From Azolla caroliniana (taxonomy: Eukaryota > Plantae > Polypodiophyta), in contig JBHGNT010000015.1 in NCBI GenBank assembly GCA_043228905.1, positions 20,212,001-20,276,000 of the forward strand: a stretch of DNA of 64,000 nt, given 5' to 3'. The position numbers were made by a program, and so were the translations under genes. Shown here piece after piece: positions 1 through 12,853 of this stretch (positions within the stretch are counted from its first letter, which is position 1; the number at the start of each line of letters is the position of its first letter). Under the pieces are notes generated by a model. The model searched no databases. It was not told where the DNA came from and worked only from the letters and a program-made list of their open reading frames with translations.

Positions 1-1556
1 CACCAGATATGGGCACTTCGAGTATACGGTCATACTGTTCGGCCTCACTAATGCGTCGACAGTCTTCCAGCACATGGCTAATGATATATTCCGAGATCTA
101 TTGGATGATTGTTTGATCATCTATTTGGATTATCTACTAGTTTATTCAAAGACCCAAGAAGAACATGATTCTCATGTACTATCAGTACTAAAACGACTTC
201 GAGAACATGGTTTGTATGCAAAGCTGGAAAAATGTAGTTTCGGGTGCAACCAAGTGGAATTTCTGGGCTACATCATTTCGTCAGAAGGCATCTCCATGGA
301 CCCAGCTAAGGTCAAAACGGTGGTAGAATGGCAGACTCCGCGTTCAGTGCGGGATGTGCAATGCTTCCTAGGCTTTGCCAATTTTTACCGGAAGTTCATA
401 CAAAATTACTCAAAGATCGTTCTACCTCTCACACAACTTACCAGGAAGGGACAACCGTTCATCTGGTCTGAAGAAACGGACATGGATTTCGAGAGTCTTA
501 AAAAGGCATTTACATCGGCTCCAATTCTAGCTCATGTCGATCCGGAAAAAGCATTCATTATCGAAGCTGACGCATCGGATTTTGCATTGGGGAGCATTCT
601 GTCACAACAGGGGAATGATGAGAAGCTACATCCAGTGGCTTTTCACTCACGCAAGTTTGACGCCGCCGAAATTAACTACGAAATTCATGATAAGGAGCTA
701 TTGGCAATAGTGGATTCTTTTATGCAATGGAGGCATTTTCTGGAGGGATCCTCTCATCCAGTCACCGTATTTAATGATCACAAGAATCTTGCCTACTTTC
801 AGGATGCTTGTGTGTTGAATCGACGTCAAGCTTGGTGGGCCCACTTCTTCACGCGTTTCGACTTCAAAATTACATATCATCTGGGGAAGCACCAAGGGAA
901 GGCAGATGCATTATCACGACGTTCGTATCTAGCACCCCGTCCCGGCGAGCCAACTTTCGATAACAAAAAACAAGTCATCTTGGGACCGGCACGACTACAA
1001 GCAACACAGATCTTTGACATGCCCATGGATTCCCGCGTTATCGATACCATACGTGAAGACTTGAAGACAGATGCGTTCGCCCAAGCTATACTAGCACAAA
1101 TTTATCCCTCTCGAGCGTCGTGTTCATAGTCGCAACCACCAGGTACGGACTATCGACAATTCAAATACCATGATGGATTACTCTTCTTTAAAGAACTTTT
1201 GTATGTTCCTAATGGTTCTTGCCGCCTTCGAGTAGTTCAAAACTGCCATGACACATATATAGCTGGGCATTTTGGTAGTACTAAAACATTACATTTAGTA
1301 CAACGATCATTCTGGTGGCCCTGTATGCGACAATTTGTCGAGGATTTTGTTCGGACTTGTGATACATGTTGCAGAGCGAAAATGCCAAGGCATCATCCAT
1401 ATGGTTTATTAGAACCATTACCAATTCCAAGCAAGCCGTGGCAATCCATTGCTCTAGACTTCATCACAGATCTTCCAGTCTCTAAGGGGTTCAATGCGAT
1501 TCTAACGGTGGTCGATCGATACACGAAGATGGCTCATTTCTTGCCATATCATGACA
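1..1556 (+). mobile_element. Ty3/gypsy (Tcn1-like chromovirus) pol fragment (RT-RNase H-integrase N-half), truncated and capped by an inverted 17-nt LTR start
   Basis: ORFs 74-1129 (YLDY, EADASDF, NYEIHDKELLA) and 1199-1547 (HHCC, LDFITDL) are nearly identical to 46808-50308. 1540-1556 CTTGCCATATCATGACA is the reverse complement of the LTR start at 2570. Confidence 0.93.
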
Positions 1557-3084
1557 GCACGCGCCATGATGCATGAGAAGCACATGGCGAATTTCTATTG
1601 GGCTGAAGCGGCATCCACGGTCGTCTATCTCATGTATCGATGCACCGCTAGTGGAGTGCATAAGCTAACTCCCTACGAGCTCCTTGTCAGAAGGAAGCCG
1701 ATCCTGTCGCACCTCAAGGTGTTCGGAAGCATTGCGAATGTACGCATCCTGAACGAAAATTGATTGAAGCCCGACGTGAAGTCAGAGAAATGTATTCTCG
1801 TAGGATAGTGGTCCGAGAAGAAGGCATACAAGTGCTATAACCCTTCGACTCAACCGGTTCAGGTGAGTTGAGACATAGTCTTTGACGAATCGACATCATG
1901 GTATAAGCCTGATTCTGCTCCACCTGACTTGACCGAGGAAGAGTTGAACGTCAACTCAGAGGAAGATATTTGGACAAGTTCTCTACCAAAGGACAATCCA
2001 AGCCCTCCTGAGCCTTCAAGCATTCCAAGCACGTTGCGGCCAAGTACGACCTTGGACAAAGGCAAAGGGAAGATGCCCGACTATGAAGTCAACCATCCCG
2101 ACGACAGTGATTCAGATGTATCGGTGCGCTCACTAGATAGTGAGTTTTGGTGTACCCATCATGTGGACACCCGGAGTAAAGAAGGCGCTCACATCGGCGG
2201 GCGAAAAACTTCGACATTCTTCTAGAGAGAAGAATCCTGTCACTCAGCTTGGTCGTAACAAGTGTGAAAAGAACAACGTGCGGAAGCCATAGAAAGGAGA
2301 ACGTAGGAAAACATAGGTTTAATGGAGAGCTTGGACACACACACAGTACGTGAGAGAGACAATACACACAACTCAATTAAAAAATAATACTCAGTTTGTA
2401 CATAGGATGTGCTTAGTGAGCACTTTTATACAAGTCCATACGGACTAACAGAAGTATTGACACGTACTTCAATGCTCATAAATGAGCTCTACACCAACTC
2501 CCAAAATATATTCCTACGCAGAATATCTTTCCAACGGGCTCGCGGTTTATGTACCACTACGGCTTCTCGTGTCATGATATGGCAAGACTCGAACCCATAA
2601 CCTTATGCTACATGGGTCAAGCTCTTACCATTAGACTATGAATTGTAATTTATAGGATATTATTTTCATTTATACTTTATCATAGAAAATTGATGTATAT
2701 TCCAGATCTCTCTGGAACATTCTAGAAGCTTCAGGATTATTCCTAAAAACACTATAAAAGGAGGCACAAGGCATTGTTTTGAACCAAATTGGTTCAACGC
2801 CAGTCTTAAGCCTCTTAGCCGCTTTGTACTTATCTTTCACATAATATATTAGCTGCTGTCATCATCTTTCTCTCTCTCTCATTCTCGCTATCTCTCTCTC
2901 TCCTCTTCTCACTTCCTCTCTCGGGAGTCTTACGCAGTCCCGTCCTCTTAGTACTAATAGTACTGCTCTTCTTTAGTACTAATTCCATCTCTGTTTTAGT
3001 ATTATTCCTGACAGTTTGAACCAATTTGCTCTCCTCCAGCCTACTTGTCACTCTCCCTGATCCTCCTACCCTTTTCCCTATACT

Positions 3085-4242
3085 ATGGCTATTGTTAGCG
3101 CCCAAGAATACCAATCTGTTTTCTCCGAGCTACAATGCCTAAAAGAAAAGTTTGTTGCCCTGGAACAAGAAAACCAACGGTTGATAGGGGATCTGCAACA
3201 AATCGCTCTAGAAAAACAACAAACGCAACAACAACATGGGGAGTTAGTGTTACGGGTACAACAACTCGAAGCAACGTTGCAACAACAAGGATCAAGTCCC
3301 CAAGGATTTCATAAAGAACCCAAGATTGGACTTCCTGTGAAATTTGATGGAACGCGATCGCAATTCCGGGGATTCCTTAATCAGGTACGCTTAGTCATCC
3401 AGATGCATCCTTCCTGATATCCCACTGATGCATCTTGAGTCGGCCTAATAGGCACGCTACTTAGCGGCTCAACCTTGCCATGGTTTGCTCTGCTTCTAGA
3501 AAAACAATTGCCCTTGCTTAATCACTTTGAAGATTTTATTGGTGAGTTTAAAGCCTGCTTTGGAGATACTGACAACATCAGGACAATGATCAACAAGATC
3601 CGAAGATTGCGTCAAGGCGATCGTCTAGCCTCTGCCTACGCGGCAGATTTCCGTCTACTCGTCTCAGATATCCCCTGGGATGATCAGGCCCTCATGGAGC
3701 AGTTTCGCTACGGCTTGCGCAACGATGTCAAAGACTTGCTTTTAACCTTCCCCGAAGAACCAAAGTCTCTTACGGAGGCAATCAGTCGAGCGGTCCGATG
3801 CGACAACCGCCTTTTCGAACGACGTTCGGAACGTCAGTTACAAATACCACGCTCTCGGCCGGAACCCACATACGCCTCAGTCACGGCTAAACCGTTTGCA
3901 CGCGATGTACCTCAAGCCAATATTCCGACACCGATGGAGATCGACACCATGCGTCGACGCGGCCCGTTATCGGAAGAAGAAAAGCAGCGACGACGTGCCA
4001 ATCGATTATGTCTTTATTGCGGTGGACCAGGGCATATTGCCATCAATTGTCCCCATAGGCCAAGAAGACAGGTAAATCAAATCATCACCTGTACTAAACC
4101 CAAGCCAATTCATCCCTTTGGAGTGTCTGATAGTATTAATAGTACTAATAGAGTGTTAGATAGTATTCATAGTACTAATAGCCCAAGTATCTCAAATAAA
4201 TTTGAAATCCTTAGTCAATTAGATGAAGAGTTAAACTATTGA
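3085..4242 (+). pseudogene. gypsy gag with in-frame stops near 3415 and 3436
   Basis: PVKFDGTR, PTPMEID and CLYCGGPGHIAINC zinc knuckle. Confidence 0.9.
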
Positions 4243-4310
4243 GTCCAGCCAAAATAGGAGCCGTTTGGTTGGACAACAGCCCTAGATCTGTACAGCCCAT
4301 TAGTGGTTCC
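4230..4310 (+). promoter_or_regulatory. -1 ribosomal frameshift signal (G TTA AAC + predicted H-type pseudoknot)
   Basis: pol is in the -1 frame of gag. Stem 1 4243-4253/4264-4274, stem 2 4257-4262/4305-4310. Conserved at 35656-35739 and 50270-50347 (-). Confidence 0.75.
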
Positions 4311-7300
4311 ATTCCTTCCAAGCAAGTTAGCAATGTGTTCCTAGCCCAAGTCATTGTTAGTACTAAAAGTACTCCCCCAGTACCCGTCCCAACACTTTTA
4401 GATTCCGGAGCTAATTCTTGTTTCATGGATCGAAATTTTGCCCAAGCTTCTCAGATATCCTTAAGAAAACTTCCTTGTCCCGCATCTGTAGTAGTCATTG
4501 ATGGTCGTCCCATTGCTTCCGGGAATATTGTAGAAGAATCAGAACCCATTCAAGTTGTCCTAGGTAGTTTTGTGTGTATAATATCATTTAATATAATTAG
4601 TAGTCCAGAGCATCCCATTGTCCTAGGATTACCTTGGTTTGAATTACATAATCCAGCCATAGATTGGAGAACAAGAGAAGTCCGATATCGACCACCCCAA
4701 GAATCAACTCACCGAGTTTCGACCATTTCACTCCATCAACTACGCGAAGAAGGACCCAAGGAGGCAGTGTTCCTATTTGCAATATCAGTACATCCTTCCA
4801 GCACTATTAAGAAGGACTCCTCAGTACAACTTCCGGCAAAATATCATCCTTATGCCGATGTATTTGACAAGGTAAAAGCCGGTACCCTTCCTCATCACTG
4901 TCCCTATGACTGTCCCATTGATTTACAACCAGGAACCGAGCCACCATGGGGACCAATTTACAACTTGTCACCTACCGAGTTAGAAGTCCTTCGAGCCTAC
5001 ATAGAGGAGAACTTGGCAAGCGGGTTCATCCATCATTCGAAATCTCTGGCCGGTGCACCCATCTTCTTTGTCAAGAAGAAAGATGGCTCACTTCGTCTCG
5101 TCGTTGATTACCGCGGATTGAATAAAGTCACCATCCGGAATAGGTATGCACTTCCTCTTATATCAAGTCTTTTAGAGCGAGTTAATGGTGCCAAGTTTTT
5201 TACTAAAATCGACCTACGAGGAGCGTATAACCTCGTGCGGATCCGATCGGGAGATGAATGGAAGACTGCCTTTCGCACGTGGTATGGGCATTTCAAGTAT
5301 ACTGTTATGTCGTTCGGCCTAACCAATGCACCCGCAGACTTCCAACACATGGCAAATGATATATTCAGAGACCTCTTGGATATCTGTTTGATCATCTATC
5401 TGGATGATCTATTGATTTATTGGAAGGCCCAAGAAGAGCACGATTCTCATGTACTATTAGTACTAAAGTGACTCCGCGAGAATGGTCTTTATGCCAAGCT
5501 AGAAAAATGTAGCTTTGACTGCAAGCAAGTGGAATTTCTAGGCTACGTCATCTCCTCAAAGGGCATCGCCATGGATCCAGCTAAAATCCAAATTGTACTA
5601 GAGTGGCAAATTCCACGGTCGGTACGAGATGTACAATGTTTTCTAGGTTTTGCTAACTTCTACCGTAAGTTTATACAGGATTACTTGAAGATTATTTTAC
5701 CTCTCACACAACTTACAAAGAAGGGCCAAGCATTTCTTTGGCCCATCGAAGCAAATATGGCTTTTCGGCATCTTAAGAAAGCCTTTACATCAGCACCGAT
5801 TCTAGCTCATGTGGATACAAGCAAACCATTCATCATGGAGGCCGACGCATCAGATTTCGCCCTCGGTAGCATCCTTTCTCAACAAGGAGATAAAGAAGAG
5901 TTGCATCCGGTGGCTTTCCATTCGCGCAAATTCGATGTCGCAGAAATCAACTACGAAATACATGGCAAGGAGTTATTAGCCATCGTGGATTCATTTGTGC
6001 AATGGTGGCATTTCTTAGAGGGCTCTCCATATCAGGTCATTGTCTTTAGCGATCATAAAAATCTTGCTTATTTTCAGAATGCTCATGTACTAAATCAACA
6101 GCAAGCTCGGTGGGCGCAATTCCTCACGCGTTTTGACTTCAAAATCACATATCGACCGGGGAACCAACAAGGAAAAGTAGATGCACTATCACGACGTTCA
6201 TATCTTGCACCTCGTCCTGGTGATGCAACATTTGATAATCAAAAGCAAGTAATCTTGGGACCAACACGATTGCACACGACGCAGATTTTTCACACCCCGA
6301 TGGATTCACGGATTACCGATGACATACGTGCAACCTTGAAGACGGATAGTTTTGCTCAAGACATCTTGGCGCACATTGATACTTCTCGGGCATCCTGTTC
6401 TCAGTCTGAACAACCAGGTATTGACTACCGACAATTCGAATATCATGATGGTTTGTTATTCTTTTAAAAGCGCATATATGTCCCCGATTGCTCCTGTCGC
6501 GTTCAAATCGTCCAGCATTGTCATGACACCCATACGACGGGACATTTCGGTAGTACTAAGATGTTGGAGCTAGTGCAACGATCTTTTTGGTGGCCCCACA
6601 TGCGCCGTTTTGTCGACGACTACGTTTGGACCTGTGATGTTTGCTACCGAGCAAAGATGCCACGACACCATCCATATGGCTTGTTGGAACCCTTACCGAT
6701 TCCAAGTAAGCCGTGGCAGTCTATTTGTCTTGATTTTATCACAGATCTGCCGGTCTCGAAAGGGTTTGATGCTATCCTAACTGTCGTCGATCGATATACG
6801 AAGATAGCACATTTTGTGCCGTGTACTAAAGCCATCACTAGCGAGGAAACCGCCGCCCTTGTTATGCGTGAGGTATTTCGGCATCATGGCCTCCCAAACA
6901 GTATCATCAGTGACCGAGGACCGCAATTTGTCTCCAAATTTTGGCAGCATCTCTTCAAGATGCTCAAGGTCTCCTGCAACCTCTCCTCCGACTACCATCT
7001 TCAGACCGACGGGCAGGCGGAATGAACAAAACAAACGCTGGAGCAATATCTCCGGTGTTTCCTGAGTTATCAACAGGACGATTGGGCCTAGATTCTCCAC
7101 TTTGCGGAGTTTGCGTATAATAATGCTATTCACTCCTCGACTCGGGTCTCCCCATTTTTCGCTTCTACCGGTTTCCATCCTCGCTGGTCGGTGATCGACA
7201 CCCCGGAGCTACATACCAACCCTCGTGCCGAGGATCATTTGGAGAGGCTACACAAGATCCAGATGGATCTCTCTACTCACCTTCGTCATGCTCAACACAT

Positions 7301-7530
7301 AGAAGACTTATGCGGATCGTCATCGGATTCTCTCCTCTTTTGCCATCGGAGATCGAGTATGGCTCTTACTTCGTCACATCAAGACTACTCGACCGTGCGA
7401 CAAGTTGGATTATCGACGACTCGGTCCCTTCCGTATTACGGGTAAGATTAATGATGTCACATTCCGCCTTGAGTACCCGGACAAACCCGGTCCGCAATCA
7501 GCACCGACTCGTTCCACTCGTCGTCTTTAA
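4230..7530 (+). pseudogene. gypsy pol (PR-RT-RH-IN), stops at ~5469, 6465 and 7023; chromodomain deleted near 7470
   Basis: LLDSGA, YLDD, DASDF, SDRG motifs. The sequence jumps from FRL to EYPDKPG compared with the intact relative at 32095. Confidence 0.9.
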
Positions 7531-8164
7531 GGGGGAGATAGTGTCATGATATGGCAAGACTCGAACCCATGAACTTATGCTACATGGGTCGAGCTCTTAC
7601 CATTAGACTATGAATTGTAATTTGTAAGATATTATTTTCATTTATGCTTTATCATAGAAAATTGATGTATATTCTAGATCTCTCTGGAACATTCTAGAAG
7701 CTTCAGGATTATTCCTAAAAACACTATAAAAGGAGGCACAAGGCATTGTTTTGAACCAAATTGGTTCAACGCCAGTCTTAAGCCTCTTAGCCGCTTTGTA
7801 CTTATCTTTCACATAATATATTAGCTGTTGTCATCATCTTTCTCTCTCTCTCTCATTCTCGCTATCTCTCTCTCTCCTCTTCTCACTTCCTCTCTCGGGA
7901 GTCTTACGCAGTCCCGTCCTCTTAGTACTAAGAGTACTGCTCTTCTTTAGTACTAATTCCATCTCTGTTTTAGTACTATTCCTGACATCTCGTTGCGCAC
8001 CGGTTTACGCACCTGGTTTACGCACTGGTCTGGCCTAACCGATCTGGTTCTCGTCTTGCACAACCGATCCGGCCAATGTTGAACTCGTATCTCAACATTC
8101 CCCCTCAAGCTCAACTTGAGGCTCTTCTGGTTCTTCCGGGTCACCGCTCCGGTTTCTTCTAACT

Positions 8165-11100
8165 TCACGCCTTGCTCGCGCTCCTCGATCTGTTCGATTC
8201 CGCCCGCCTCGACCCTTGAAAGTCGAGGTCGGTTTGTGTGCTCGTGCGGCCCTTCTCAGCTCGCTTGCTATCGCAGTGTTGGCCCCTCTTTGGCTGCCCT
8301 TTCTTCCAATTGGCCCTCGGTTGATTCGGCGTCTCCGAATCAAACATGCGAACCGAATCAGCTTCCTCTGATCGGTTTTCGCTCTTGTCTGAGTTGGATT
8401 CATCTCCTCCATGCTTGGTTGGCTCCGGCTCTTCCTTTCGGCTGCTACCCTCACGTCCGCTTTCGAACTCTTTCGCGGATCCGCCCTCGGCTTCTTCAGC
8501 CGAACCGAAATTGAATTCGTCATCCGACTCGGCGTCACGGTATCTTCCGCTCCTTTCCTGCTCCCTTCCGTGGTCATCCGAGACTTCTCTCCCCCTCAAG
8601 TTCGGCACATCGAGGTGGCGTAACCCAAGCGCACCCGAGAATTGCCGTAACTTGTCGAGACCAAGGGGCTTTGTGAAAATGTCGGCGGTCTGCCGATCTG
8701 TCGGAACATACTCAAGTTCGACTTCACCGGAGAGGACACGCTTGCGGACAAAGTGGTAGTGCACCTCAATGGGCTTAGTCCAGGTGTGGAAGACAGGGTT
8801 CTTCGCTAACTGGATGCTGCTGAGGTTGTCGTAGTAGATCATCGTCGGATCGGATACCTCCACTTGCAGATCCTTAAATAGCCGTTTCAGCTAGATGGTT
8901 TCGCATGTGGTGAAAACTGCTCCTCTATACTCGACTTCGGTGCTCGACAGTGCAACTGTCGGCTGCTTCTTGCTACTCCACGCGATCATAGTGCTCCCAA
9001 GAGAGAACGTGAATCCAGATGTGGATCGGCGGTCGTTGGCGTTTCCGGCCCAATCAATATCGAAGTAACCGACTATCTGCGCGGAAACACCAGTCCGATA
9101 TAGTAGCCCCTGGTCCTTAATGCCACTGACGTACCGGAGTACGCGTTGTGCGCACTGAAGGTGCTCCTCGGTTGGCCGCGCCATGAACTGACTAATCACA
9201 CCGACCGGGTAATTGAGGTCTGGTCGAGTGATAGTCAAGTAGATGAGGCTTCCGACAATATGTCGGAACCTCTTCGGGTCGCAAACCTTTCCGGAGTCGG
9301 GGCGAAGCTTGACGGTTCTATCTAGAGGAGTCGAGACAGACTTACAATCTGCCATCCCAAACTTGAAGAGCATACCCAACACGTAATGCCGTTGGGTGAT
9401 CAGTATGCCTTCGGGGGTACGGATTAGTTTGATCCTGAGGAAGTAATGAAGGTGCCCCAGGTCCTTCATGTCAAATGATGCCGTGAGCTAGAGCTTGACG
9501 CGGTCAATTTCACTTAGGTTGGCGCCGGTGATGATCAAGTCATCAACATAAAGTAAAATACTAACCGGCCTGAGGCGAGCTTTCCGAATGAACAATGAAG
9601 AGTCTGATTTGGACGTCGCAAATCCCATCCGACGCAATCGCTACGTGATTTTCGCGTTCCAAGTAGGTGGGGCTTGCTTTAGTCCGTAAAGGGACTTCTT
9701 CAACTGGCAGACCGCCGAGGTGTTCATTCCGGAGTGAAATCCGGGGGGCTGTACCATGTACACCTGTTCCTGAAGCTCGCCTTGCAGGAACACATTCTTG
9801 ACATCCATCTAATATAAAAACCACCCCTTCGGCACAGCTACCGCAAGCCAGACATGAACGATCGTCATCTTTGCGACCGGCGCAAATGTTTCATCGTAGT
9901 CGATGCCGTGTTGTTGCGCGTAGCTTTTCGCTACTAACCATGCCTTGTATCGGTTGACCGAGCTGTCGGTGTTGTACTTGACCTTGTACACCCACCTACA
10001 TTTGATCAGCTTCACACCCATCCATGCGTCAACCAGGTCGCAGGTTTCATTCTTCGCCAAGGAGTGCATCTCTTCCTCCATTGCGGTACGCCAATTTGCG
10101 TCCTTCGCCGCTTCTGCGTAGCTCTCGGGCTCACGCACTTCCCCTACACGCGTCATGTATGTGTAATGATGGGCCATGTACTCGTTGTATCCGAACCACA
10201 CAACATGGTTCTTCTGGCGGGTAGATCAGCGTAATTGCTCATTAGCCGATGTTGAGGCTTTTTTGACTGACGTGGACTTCACTCTCGAAGGCCTGTCATC
10301 GCTCTTCTCGGAGTCGATTTCACGTCGATCCGACTCGCCCTTATTCGTGCCATACTCCGACATCTTCTTCTTCCCTTTTTCCTTGCACGTAAACTGTCTC
10401 CTCGGCTTCCTGTGCGGGGAATCTGGCTCTTCTTTGGACTGGTCAAACCGACCTAGTCGCTCGTTCAGTCCACTTAGCCGAAATGAAATCGGACTCTCAT
10501 TGAGGGTCTCAATTTCGCGGTCATTCGGAGGCATTTCAACCTCGTTTACCTCATCATCGGAACTCGGGTCCGGAGATCCGGAGTTGGAGTTGAGGTCCGG
10601 AGTCAGAGGCAAGTACCAGGACGCGGACTCGTCAAACACAACATCGCGGCTCAAGCGAGCTTGTTTGGTTCGGGGGTTATAACACTTATAACCCTTCTGT
10701 TTGTCCGAATAGCCGACCAAGATACACTTCTCGGCTTTCGCGTCCAACTTCCTCCGTTTCTCCTTCGGCACATGCACATACGCAATGCTACCGAAAACTC
10801 TCAACCGTTGTAGATTCGGCTTTCTTCCAAAGTACAACTCATGCGCCGACACTTTGTCTCCGATCCGATTCAGGATGTAGACCGCGGTTCGTACCGTTTC
10901 GGCCCAATAGAACTTGGGCAAGCTCTTTTCTTCCAGCATTGCCCGCGCCGCTTCCACACTCGACCAATTTTTCCTTTCAGTTACACCGTTTTGCTCTGGC
11001 GTATACCTAGAACTGAATTCGCGCCGAATTCCCATTTGTTGCAGATAACTGCTCAATTGACCGGAAAAGTACTCTTTTCCGCCATCCGACCGCAGATCTT

Positions 11101-12853
11101 TCTCCATGTTTCCCTTTCTACGAAGCCTTTGAGGTCCCGGAAACAGTCAAAGACTTCACTCTTCTTTTCAATGAGATAGATCCACGTGTGTCGCGTGTAG
11201 TCGTCGATGAAGGAAACAAAATATCGACTCCCGCCAAGATAACGTTCTGTGCCGACCTGCATACATCTGAATGTGTCAAGTCGAGCTTGTTCCGGCTCCG
11301 GTTATGCTTGTTGGGGAAAGGAAGTCGGTGTTGCTTCCCTAGCTAGAAGGCTTCACAATTTGGGCCTTCTGGCCACTTAATTTGGGCAATCTGAACACAA
11401 CTTGTTTCGAATGCAAGTCGTGAAGCCTTTGATATTTGACGTGGCTTATCCACTTGTGCCACAAGTCGATGTCCGACACGATTTTTTGTCCTTTTGCGAA
11501 CATTGCGGTGCCAATATCATTTGTGTTGAGGATAAACATCCTCCCGTCTCTGCGCCCTTGCACAATAACTTGGCCTTCCTCCTCGATGAAGCACCCGAGA
11601 TGCGTGAACCGGACTTGCATCCCCTAGTCGACGATCTACCCGACCGACACCAGATTCTTCGTGATTGTCGGGACGTGTAACACGTTCATCAGTTTCCCTT
11701 TTTGCCCGACATGGCTCAGGGGAACTTCACCGACATTCTTGATCGGATGCGGAGTGTCGTCTCCTGTTGCGACTACTCCCGGTTGCATCGGTTTCTCAAG
11801 GTATGAGAACCACTCCTTATGGCTTGTCATGTGGTTTGACGCGCCGGAGTCTACGTACCACACCTCGTTCAATTTCGGGGTGCTCTTGTTCATCGAGTTC
11901 GCTTCGTGTCTCGTCACAAAGGCTGCCCCCTTTCCAACTTTTTCGGATCCATCGGCGTAGTGCGATCGCTGCCGATTTCCTTTGTCGGTTTGTCTGAATC
12001 CGGATCTGGTTTTCTCAGAATCAGCGCGCTTCTTCCAGCACTCACACTCCTTGTGGCCTTTCTTGCCACAATACCAGCATTCCGCGACTGATTTCCCTTG
12101 CTGGTTCTCATCGCCTCGATTCCCCTTGTTTCCAAAGGGTCCGGAATTGCTGTCTGTATCACTTCGGTGCCTTCTTCCTTGATCCTGTCGGCCACTTCCA
12201 TTGCGCACCGATTCACGTTGTCCGCCATGAACACGGGGCCTATCTTCCTCCGTGTACAACATCTTGCTATCGGTGTGCGTACTCCTCGACGCACCCGCGT
12301 GGTTCTCCTCTATAAGGAGCATCGACTGTAGGTCGAAAAACGATGACGTATTCTCCCGTGTGCACATAGCAGTTCGGAATGCTCCGAACTTCGATGCCAG
12401 TCCCCCGAGACAGATCTGCACCATCTCGCCTTCCTTGACGTTCACATCGATGGAGGCTAAGGAGTCGCATATATCTTTGATCTTCGAGATGTAATCAGCC
12501 ACCAACAAATCGCGTTGTCGCAAGTTGCTCAACTCCTGTCGGAGTTGGAGCTTTCTGGCTATGGTGCTTGTGGCAAAAATCTTTTTCAGATTTCCCCAAG
12601 CATCCTTCGACGTTTTTGCATCCCGAATATAGCTTAGAAGCTATTCGCCCACACAAGACGTGAAGTAATAGAGAACTTTACTTGCCGACTATTCCCAAGC
12701 CAGGAAGTCTTTGTGTGTCGAATTGGGTGTTGTGTCATTTGCTCCATCGACATAGCTCCAGTATCCATGTCCGAGCAGGTACTGGTGCATCTTGTACGAC
12801 CAAGATGCGTAGTTGTTTCTGTCAAGCTTCTCGGTCGGAAGCGAGCTAGCCAT
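8165..12853 (-). pseudogene. copia gag-PR-IN-RT-RH polyprotein, multiple stops and frameshifts
   Basis: CWYCGKKGHKECEC knuckle, WYVDSGASNHM protease, LRSDGGKEY / PEQNGVTER integrase, DYDETFAPVA and MKDLG RT, DIFTKPL RNase H. Confidence 0.93.

Larger units (their letters stand above)
2570..7987 (+). mobile_element. Ty3/gypsy Tcn1-like element inserted in the copia LTR; LTRs 2570-3013 and 7542-7987
   Basis: TSD TCTCG at 2565-2569 and 7988-7992. TG..CA termini. PPT 7529-7541. Non-tRNA PBS 3016-3028. Confidence 0.96.
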
